In this document: positions 8,554 through 14,633 of the stretch, in pieces
How positions within the stretch are numbered: the first letter of the stretch is position 1
Layout of the letters: every line of letters begins with the position of its first letter
Source: Candidatus Bathyarchaeia archaeon
Lineage (GTDB): Archaea > Thermoproteota > Bathyarchaeia > Bathyarchaeales > Bathycorpusculaceae
Direction of reading: 5' to 3'
Assembly: GCA_038882975.1 (NCBI GenBank)
Contig: JAVZNE010000015.1
Location: 1-14,633, forward strand
Length of the DNA: 14,633 bases
Program-made: the position numbers and the translations under genes
The notes under the pieces: model-generated
Told to the model about the DNA's origin: nothing
Seen by the model: only the letters and a program-made list of their open reading frames with translations
Database searches by the model: none

Positions 8554-9425
8554 CAAGCTACGCCTTGTTTTTGGGCTGCACAATACCAGCCCGCCAACCC
8601 CACTACGAACTTGCCGCAAGAAAAGCCCTAACAAAGCTTGGAATAGAACTCGTAGATATAGAAGGCGCAACATGCTGTGCCCCGCCCCCACTTCAGTCCA
8701 TAGACTTGGAAACAAGCCTTGCAATAGCCGCCTACAACATCTGCCTGGCAGAAGAAGCAGACCTAAACATACTCACACTGTGCACCGGATGCTTTGAATC
8801 CCTAACAATTGCAAACCACCTCCTTAAAGAAAAGCCGGAACTACGTGAAAAAATCAACAGAATCTTATCTAACGCCGGTAAGGAGTTTAGGGGCACAAAA
8901 GAGGTTAGGCATTACTTACAAGTCTTAATGAACGACATAGGCGTAGACCGCCTAAAACAAAGCATAGTCAAACCGTTAAACAATCTTAAGGTAGCCGCCT
9001 TCTCAGGATGCCACCTACTACGCCCAAGCGAACTCCTACGCTTTGACGATCCAGAACGCCCCCGCATATTCGACACCCTAATAGAGGCTCTAGGCGCCAA
9101 AAGCATACCATATAAGAATAAGCTTCGATGCTGTGGAGGGCTCCTAAGAGGCTATGCAGACGACGTAGCCCTAGCCATAGCAAGAGACAAAATCGTAAAC
9201 GCTTATAACGCTAGGGCGGACTGCATATCAACCCTATGCCCCTTCTGCTTCCTAACCCTAGACCTTGGACAAATGCTGATAAAAACCACCTACAAGGAAG
9301 AGTACAACATGCCAATAATCCACTACGCCGAGCTGTTAAGCCTAAGCCTAGGAGTGGAACCCAAAGAACTCGCACTAGACTTCCACAAGATAAAAATCGA
9401 CAAAGTTTTAGAAAAAATAGGCTAG
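8550..9425 (+). CDS. hdrB: Heterodisulfide reductase subunit B (two CCG domains)
   Basis: FLGC...TCCAP...CTGC and SGCH...CCGG...CPFC. ATGA overlap with hdrC. Confidence 0.93.
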   Translation: MTSYALFLGCTIPARQPHYELAARKALTKLGIELVDIEGATCCAPPPLQSIDLETSLAIAAYNICLAEEADLNILTLCTGCFESLTIANHLLKEKPELREKINRILSNAGKEFRGTKEVRHYLQVLMNDIGVDRLKQSIVKPLNNLKVAAFSGCHLLRPSELLRFDDPERPRIFDTLIEALGAKSIPYKNKLRCCGGLLRGYADDVALAIARDKIVNAYNARADCISTLCPFCFLTLDLGQMLIKTTYKEEYNMPIIHYAELLSLSLGVEPKELALDFHKIKIDKVLEKIG

Positions 9426-9502
9426 AGCACTTTACAAACTTTTTGATTTGTTAGAAAGTGTTAAAAGCTGACAGTGCGGCATATGGTTTTGAGGACATTA
9501 GA

Positions 9503-9700
9503 ATGAAGATCACAGCCCTTAAGGAGCATAAATGCTTCTGCTGCGGCGGAGTTATTAGAAAAGGTGAAGAATGCTTCGTGTTTATTGTTAATCCTGAAAA
9601 CCCAAGCAGAAGCGAGTTTGACGTCATCTACACCTGTGCAAAATGTGCCGAGGAAGAGGCTTGCCGGCGGAGGATTAAACAGAAGGGCGTGGCTGTTTAG
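9503..9700 (+). CDS. Small Cys-rich, putative zinc-finger protein (~65 aa)
   Basis: HKCFCCGGVIRKGE...YTCAKC gives two CxxC knuckles. GAGG lies upstream of ATG 9503; an alternative GTG start is at 9458. Confidence 0.65.
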   Translation: MKITALKEHKCFCCGGVIRKGEECFVFIVNPENPSRSEFDVIYTCAKCAEEEACRRRIKQKGVAV

Positions 9701-9710
9701 CGCTCTATCC

Positions 9711-10175
9711 TTAATTTCTGTAGTTTACGGTTGCCTTCAGCTTTGGAATTTCAACCTCTAAAGCCTTATTGTTGTTACACTTCATAATCATGTTTTCAAC
9801 TTGTAGCTCATCAACTGGGAGGTTAAGCCTCCAGCAGGTGTTTTCTAAACATATTTGTAAACCATCTTCAAACGTGTTTATCGTCACTTTTTGGTCTCTG
9901 CAGCGGCACTGCATCAAAACTTTAACATAATTTTCGTCTTCAAAAATGTCTATTAAGGGCTCTTCAATATGAGGCAACGGTATAAAATGCTTGGCGGTGG
10001 GACTTTCCTCAAATCTTTCCTCAATGACATACTTTCTTTTTAAGAGCCTTTCCATAGGTTCTAATGGGTTCTCGCCTTCGCTTTCCTTCTCCTTAAGGCT
10101 TTCCACCAGTTTTTTGGCTAAAACTTTGCAGAAGACGTCTATATTCCTTAAAGCCTCTTCAAAATCATCACTCAT
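9711..10175 (-). CDS. Divergent Hsp20/alpha-crystallin-like (GvpH-like) protein
   Basis: EEPLIDIFEDENYVKV and NNKALEVEIPK resemble archaeal sHSP EPLVDVF...NNGVLEI.LPK. GAGGA RBS-like motif upstream. Confidence 0.65.
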   Translation of the reverse strand: MSDDFEEALRNIDVFCKVLAKKLVESLKEKESEGENPLEPMERLLKRKYVIEERFEESPTAKHFIPLPHIEEPLIDIFEDENYVKVLMQCRCRDQKVTINTFEDGLQICLENTCWRLNLPVDELQVENMIMKCNNNKALEVEIPKLKATVNYRN

Positions 10176-10269
10176 GACGTCTTCCTCTAAGTATTATTAT
10201 TTTACATTTCATCTTATTTAACTTTGTTATTTCAAACATGACTGAATTATAGCATTAACTTTTTGAAAG

Positions 10270-11343
10270 CTATTTCTTTCCAATAGTCAATGGCAAAGTT
10301 CTAACGTGCTTAACTGCCTTGACAACATCGCCAACATACTTACCCGGATCTTCCAAGGCTCTGTTTATGGCTATTTCAGCTATTGTGGCGCCTTTGTCGG
10401 CAATCTTACTTAGGCAGGAGAGAATGGACCTTACGTAGGGGATTTCTGGGGCTTCCCTCATAAGCCTATTGGAGTCCACTTCAAGCACCTTCCTCATTTC
10501 CAGAAGCTGGTTTGCAACCTTCAAATCCCTTGTAAAAATGCATTCAATAGCCTTCTGAAGAATCGTCTGGGTTAGCTCGCTTAAATGGAATATTCTGTCA
10601 ACAACATCCTCTGGAAGCCTGTTCCTATAAACTTCCATTTCAAGAACCTCTCTAGCTAGATCTTCAGAGTAATCCGCGATAAGCTCTAAATACTGAAGGA
10701 TAAGCCTTGCAGCCGGTATGAAAAGGACGTCCACCATGCCGACCTCTTCAGCTACGGCCGGCTTCACTTGTGCTGACAATAGAAGGCGCACTGCTAAATA
10801 GTAGATTTTGTCAGCCTCGTCTTCTCTGGCTATGGCCTCCTCCACAATGTCATATTTTTTCTCCTTGAAGCCCTGCATCGCCTCAGAAAGTATTGTTGAA
10901 GCTATTAGTGCAAGCCTCCGTATGAGCATGTCAAGTTTGAACTTCGTGGAGTCTATGGAGCACTGCAAAAGTATACTTTTTGGAGTTTCTTCAAGAATGC
11001 CCAGCCCAATAAGTTTTTGAACTATCCTTCGGACCTCGTCTACATGGTTTTTGCCTATGCGGCTTGTGGAAATTATCCGTATAACATCTCGCCCCAGAAT
11101 ATAGCTTCCAACAATTATTCTTTCAAGCATTCCCGGTTCGTCACATGCATCAGCATTAACAATGTATTCTTCAGCTTCCTCTTTTTGGGCTATATGCCTC
11201 GGCATTATTTTTAGGGAGCCATCTCTCTCCGGCATTATGAACAGTAAGTCTCGCGGTTTTATGCCTTGTTCTTTAATCCATTCGTTTGGGAGCGAAACCG
11301 TCATTGTTGAGTGGCCTACTCTTTGAACTTTTCTAATTTCCAA
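10270..11343 (-). CDS. Archaeal AbrB/SpoVT-domain + PhoU-repeat regulator (phosphate uptake regulator family)
   Basis: N-terminal RKVQRVGHSTMTVSLPNEW (AbrB-like), IVGSYILGRD, LIGLGILEE, and PhoU helical repeats EDEADKIY, LELIADY and LSKIADK. TTG start. Confidence 0.85.
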   Translation of the reverse strand: MEIRKVQRVGHSTMTVSLPNEWIKEQGIKPRDLLFIMPERDGSLKIMPRHIAQKEEAEEYIVNADACDEPGMLERIIVGSYILGRDVIRIISTSRIGKNHVDEVRRIVQKLIGLGILEETPKSILLQCSIDSTKFKLDMLIRRLALIASTILSEAMQGFKEKKYDIVEEAIAREDEADKIYYLAVRLLLSAQVKPAVAEEVGMVDVLFIPAARLILQYLELIADYSEDLAREVLEMEVYRNRLPEDVVDRIFHLSELTQTILQKAIECIFTRDLKVANQLLEMRKVLEVDSNRLMREAPEIPYVRSILSCLSKIADKGATIAEIAINRALEDPGKYVGDVVKAVKHVRTLPLTIGKK

Positions 11344-11469
11344 ACGTTTCCCTCTATTTATGATATTTACTTTAACACATTTATTTATTCTATATTTTCT
11401 ATTTACGATAGATATATATCTTTCGCTTTGCTCTATATATCACGCAGATGTAAAGGAGGCTGATATGAA
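11344..11469. promoter_or_regulatory. Divergent promoter region with a near-perfect 20-bp palindrome
   Basis: CGATAGATATATATCTTTCG at 11406-11425 (one mismatched pair), a second TATATATC at 11434-11441, and RBS GGAGG before ATG 11470. Confidence 0.6.
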
Positions 11470-12060
11470 ATGTCTGAATGGAAAACCGTAAGCATAAGGC
11501 AAGAGCTAATAAAAGAAATCGAGAGACTCCTCAGAACAGGACGCTACAGAAGCATATCAGAATTTGTCTCGGAAGCCATAAGGCTGCGCTTAGAAGAGCT
11601 GATGCGGGCTGAGGGGATTCCAGCCGCAAAGCGTGAAGAGCTTTTGGCTATTCCGGAGCAGTTGCTATACACGCCGAAGCACACTTGGGCGCAAATAACT
11701 CCTGAAGGAAACATCCGTGTGGGTGTTTCAGATTACGCCCAGAGGCATCTTAAAGGCATTGCAAATATAATGACTGAACCCGTTGGGAAGGAAATAGCCA
11801 AAATGGAACCTTTCGGTGTGGCTGAAACTTGGATGTTTATGTTTGATTTATACGCGCCCGTAAGCGGCAAAATTGTTAAAGTTAACGAACAATTAAAGGA
11901 TAAGCCTTACCTGGTAAATGAGGACCCATACGGCGAGGGCTGGATAATCGAAATTAAGCCCAAAAACTCTTTGACGCTTGAGGAGGAACTCAAAAGTCTT
12001 CTAAGCTCTAGAGAATACAACAAGTGGGTTAACAAGCTTGAGGGAAGACTCCGCGAATAA
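11470..12060 (+). CDS. Ribbon-helix-helix (CopG/Arc/MetJ) domain fused to a glycine-cleavage H-protein-like domain lacking the lipoyl-lysine
   Basis: aa 1-45 WKTVSIRQELIKEIERLLRTGRYRSISEFVSEAIRLRL fit RHH. aa ~61-190 (YTPKHTW, VGVSDYAQ, LYAPVSGKIVKVNEQL, VNEDPYGEGWI) fit GcvH. The canonical ESVKA reads ETWMF here. Confidence 0.88.
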   Translation: MSEWKTVSIRQELIKEIERLLRTGRYRSISEFVSEAIRLRLEELMRAEGIPAAKREELLAIPEQLLYTPKHTWAQITPEGNIRVGVSDYAQRHLKGIANIMTEPVGKEIAKMEPFGVAETWMFMFDLYAPVSGKIVKVNEQLKDKPYLVNEDPYGEGWIIEIKPKNSLTLEEELKSLLSSREYNKWVNKLEGRLRE

Positions 12061-12095
12061 ACCCCTCCATTTCCCCCTTTTCTTTTGAAAATTTT
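12061..12095 (+). terminator. Archaeal pyrimidine/oligo-T terminator candidate
   Basis: CCCCTCCATTTCCCCCTTTTCTTTT immediately follows the stop codon. Confidence 0.5.
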
Positions 12096-12180
12096 ATGTT
12101 ATATTTATGTCAAGCTTGATTTAGATGGCTTAATATATCTGGTTTAACATTCAAATATGCTTCTAAGAAGGCTGATAGTC

Positions 12181-13899
12181 TTGACGGAAAAGCCCTCCCA
12201 AGAGGTTAGGAAACTACCACCTTGTCGAACAGCATGTCCAGCGCATGTTAATGTTCAGGCTTATGTGGCTCTTATCCAAAGGGGCAAGTTTAAAGAGGCT
12301 GTTGAAGTCATAAGGCGGGACATGCCCTTCCCAGCCATCTGTGGAAGGGTCTGCTTCAGCCCATGCGAGGATGCATGTGCACGGGTCAACCTTGACCAGG
12401 CAGTGGCTATACGCGCCTTAAAGAGGCTTGTGGCGGATATTGAGCGTGAACAGGGAAGGGTTGTCGCCGAGCCGGTGCCAAAGAAGTACAGCGAAAAAAT
12501 AGCTATAATCGGCGCTGGACCAGCCGGTTTGACAGCTGCCTACGAACTTGCAAAGTTGGGTTATCCGGTCACTGTTTTTGAGCGGATGGCTGAGCCCGGC
12601 GGCATGATGCGTTATTGCATACCGGACTTCCGCCTAGAAAAATTTGTTGTTGAAAATGAAATAGCCTACATTAAGGATATAGGCGTTGAAATTAGAACTG
12701 GCGTTGAGTTCGGCAAGGACGTGACTATTGAAAGCCTTAAGAAGGATGGTTATAAGGCAATTTTCTTTGCCATCGGCACACAATTGGGCATGAAGTTAAA
12801 TGTGCCAGGCGAGGACTTAGAAGGCGTAATAAACGCTGTAGACTTTTTAAGGGCCATAGCTCTGGGCAAGAAAATAACTGTTGGCGAAAGAGTAGCAGTC
12901 ATTGGCGGAGGCAACACAGCCATAGACGCCGCGAGGATGGCTAAAAAACTGGGCGCCAAAGAGGTTATGATTCTTTATAGGCGATCTCGCGAGGAGATGC
13001 CAGCACTCCCACACGAGGTAGAGCTCGCCGAGAAGGATGGGATAAAGTTCCATTTCTTGGTGGCTCCAAAGCAGATTATAGGCGGAAATGGAAGGGTTAA
13101 GGCGGTTGAATGTTTAAGGATGCGTTTGGGCGAACCTGACGAAAGCGGAAGGCGACGTCCAATCCCAATAGCCTTTTCAGAACACCAGTATGAGGTGGAC
13201 ATGGTTATTCCGGCACTTGGGCAGATTGTTGAAACATCTGTTTTGCCTCCAGAACTAGTAAACAAGGAGAAGCGGGGACCGCCACTGCAAGTGGACCCAC
13301 TGACATTGGAAACTAATGTTCCGGGGGTTTTTGCTGGTGGGGATGTTGCCACTGGTCCAGCAAGCATTATTGAGGCTGTTGGTGCTGGGAAGCGTGCAGC
13401 GGTTTCTATACACCGTTACTTGAGGGGTGAGGACCTGCGGAAGGATAGGGAAGAAGAGAAGATTGAGGAGACGACCTGGGTTAAGGATTGGCGGTTGTTG
13501 GACAAGAAGGAGCGTAGATACGATGCTCCAATAGAGAAGCCTCACCTGAGTTTCGAGGAGGCAAGAGAGTATCTTGAAAAGCTAAAGCGTCAAGCACGAT
13601 TTGAGGCTTTCCGCTGTCTCGGATGCGGGCCATGTGCAGAATGCCTCGCCAGCATGGACCTATGCGAGGGCGATAAGGCTGTTGTGGATGAGGGCAAATG
13701 TGTGGGTTGCAACGTCTGCGCAGTTGTCTGCCCAGTAGAAGCCGTTAAAAAGAACGAAAAGGGCATAGCCCAAGTAAACGAAGACCTTTGTAAGGGCTGC
13801 GGGCTCTGCGCTGCACGCTGTCCAGAAAGGGCCATAACTATGAAGAAGCTTTCCAACGAGCAAATTCTCATAATGGTTTCAACAGCCTTGGAGAGGTGA
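12181..13899 (+). CDS. GltD/NfnB/SudA-like FAD- and NAD(P)H-binding Fe-S oxidoreductase with an HdrA-type C-terminal 2x[4Fe-4S] domain
   Basis: PCRTACP...CGRVCFSPCEDAC, IIGAGPAG (FAD), VIGGGNTAIDAAR and YRRSR (NADP-type), GVFAGGD, EAFRCLGCGPCAEC, and two CxxCxxCxxxCP motifs. The start is TTG 12181 (preferred, after an AGGCTGA leader) or ATG 12157. Confidence 0.88.
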   Translation: MTEKPSQEVRKLPPCRTACPAHVNVQAYVALIQRGKFKEAVEVIRRDMPFPAICGRVCFSPCEDACARVNLDQAVAIRALKRLVADIEREQGRVVAEPVPKKYSEKIAIIGAGPAGLTAAYELAKLGYPVTVFERMAEPGGMMRYCIPDFRLEKFVVENEIAYIKDIGVEIRTGVEFGKDVTIESLKKDGYKAIFFAIGTQLGMKLNVPGEDLEGVINAVDFLRAIALGKKITVGERVAVIGGGNTAIDAARMAKKLGAKEVMILYRRSREEMPALPHEVELAEKDGIKFHFLVAPKQIIGGNGRVKAVECLRMRLGEPDESGRRRPIPIAFSEHQYEVDMVIPALGQIVETSVLPPELVNKEKRGPPLQVDPLTLETNVPGVFAGGDVATGPASIIEAVGAGKRAAVSIHRYLRGEDLRKDREEEKIEETTWVKDWRLLDKKERRYDAPIEKPHLSFEEAREYLEKLKRQARFEAFRCLGCGPCAECLASMDLCEGDKAVVDEGKCVGCNVCAVVCPVEAVKKNEKGIAQVNEDLCKGCGLCAARCPERAITMKKLSNEQILIMVSTALER

Positions 13900-13906
13900 A
13901 ATAGAA

Positions 13907-14633
13907 ATGGAGTCGTCTAACCCTCCAAAAATTGTTTGTTTCATGTGTAATTGGACCTTCTGCGAAGAAGAGATGCGTGTTCCTTACAATGTCAATCTTA
14001 TTCGCGTTATGTGTGTCGGGAGGATGGACCCAGCGCTTGTTCTGGAAACCTTTGCTAATGGAGTTGAGGGCGTGCTGCTTGTTGGGTGCAAACCCCCAGA
14101 CTGCCACTTTGTTGACGGAAACCTCCACGCTGAACGTGCCGTTAAAATGTTGAAGAAGCTGCTGGCTTTGACTGGACTTGAGCCTGAACGACTGAAGCTT
14201 CTGCTGGTCTCGCCATTAGAGGATAAAAACTTCAGCTATCACGCTAGAGAGTTCTCTGAAGAAGTTTGGAAGCTTGGAAATTCTCCGCTCAGCAAAGAAG
14301 AGATTATGGCCAATCTGATAGTGGCTAAGGAGGCGGCTTCAGCCTTTAGGCTTCGCGTCTTGCTGGGAAGAGAGGAAGAACTGACAGAATTCATGAACGC
14401 TTATGGCGAGAAAATAGAGGAAGAAGAATTTGACGCTTTATTGGATGATGTTGTTAGGGCTGAGTTCATCCGCTACAAAATCCACTACTTGACGAGGATT
14501 AAGCCCCGCTCTGTTAAGGAGTTAGCCCAAATTCTCGGGATAAAGCCGTCTGCTGTTTTGAGGCATATAACGAACATGAGGCGGAAGGGCATGATAACCC
14601 TAGACCACGTTGAAGGTTACACGCCCCTGTATA
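13907..14633 (+). CDS. mvhD: Extended MvhD/FlpD-family [2Fe-2S] protein with a helical linker and C-terminal winged-HTH-like domain (partial; not in the ORF track)
   Basis: Manual translation after RBS GAGGTGA: MESSNPPKIVCFMCNWTFC...IRVMCVGRMDP...GCKPPDCHFVDGN...GLEPERL...KLGNSPL...NAYGEKI...KPRSVKELAQILGIKPSAVLRHITNMRRKGMITLDHVEGYTPLY. There are 242 codons with no stop before the edge. Confidence 0.88.
   Translation, partial: MESSNPPKIVCFMCNWTFCEEEMRVPYNVNLIRVMCVGRMDPALVLETFANGVEGVLLVGCKPPDCHFVDGNLHAERAVKMLKKLLALTGLEPERLKLLLVSPLEDKNFSYHAREFSEEVWKLGNSPLSKEEIMANLIVAKEAASAFRLRVLLGREEELTEFMNAYGEKIEEEEFDALLDDVVRAEFIRYKIHYLTRIKPRSVKELAQILGIKPSAVLRHITNMRRKGMITLDHVEGYTPLY

Noticed and set aside
8641-8700. 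CCA instead of CCG in the first HdrB domain
   Set aside because: All Cys ligands are retained, and variation after the CC in the first domain is common.
11470-12060. Annotation as functional gcvH
   Set aside because: The lipoyl-Lys is absent, an RHH domain is fused, and no gcvP/T/L lie in the window.
410-13871. Numerous short antisense or alternate-frame ORFs inside the large genes
   Set aside because: They are nested in well-supported CDSs and lack recognisable motifs, so they are treated as shadow ORFs.
12181-13899. Annotation as glutamate synthase gltD or canonical nfnB
   Set aside because: No gltB or nfnA is adjacent. It has a different Cys-motif order, an HdrA-like tail and an mvhD partner.
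13932-14153. 73-aa plus-strand ORF (and the 13868-14128 minus-strand ORF)
   Set aside because: These are off-frame or antisense shadows of the mvhD-wHTH gene starting at 13907.
1-14633. CRISPR arrays, tRNA/rRNA, IS elements
   Set aside because: No repeat-spacer periodicity, structured GC-rich intergenic block or transposase was seen. All intergenic gaps are under ~135 nt.

Overview
Archaeal energy-metabolism locus. The GGTGA/GGAGG-type RBSs, TATA-like AT-rich spacers, pyrimidine-tract terminators and gene set resemble Bathyarchaeia-like anaerobes; this taxonomy is inferred. The window holds, in order: the 5' end of a membrane protein (minus strand); an ADP-forming acyl-CoA ligase fused to a C-terminal GNAT (Pat-like); an mvhG-mvhA-hdrA::mvhD-hdrC-hdrB operon (group 3c [NiFe]-hydrogenase/heterodisulfide reductase); a small Cys-rich protein; an atypical Hsp20-like protein; an AbrB-PhoU regulator; a divergent ribbon-helix-helix::GcvH fusion; a GltD/NfnB-like flavoprotein with an HdrA-type C-terminal ferredoxin tail; and a second MvhD extended by a winged HTH, which is absent from the ORF track and runs off the window. 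Four observations stand out. (1) The RHH-GcvH fusion lacks the lipoyl-lysine. (2) The second MvhD is fused to a wHTH. (3) HdrA has lost N-terminal Fe-S ligands and the flavin-site Glu linked to bifurcation. (4) An NAD(P)H flavoprotein carries HdrA's MvhD-associated tail. Together they suggest a rewired Mvh/Hdr system with regulators built from repurposed enzyme domains. This is a hypothesis.
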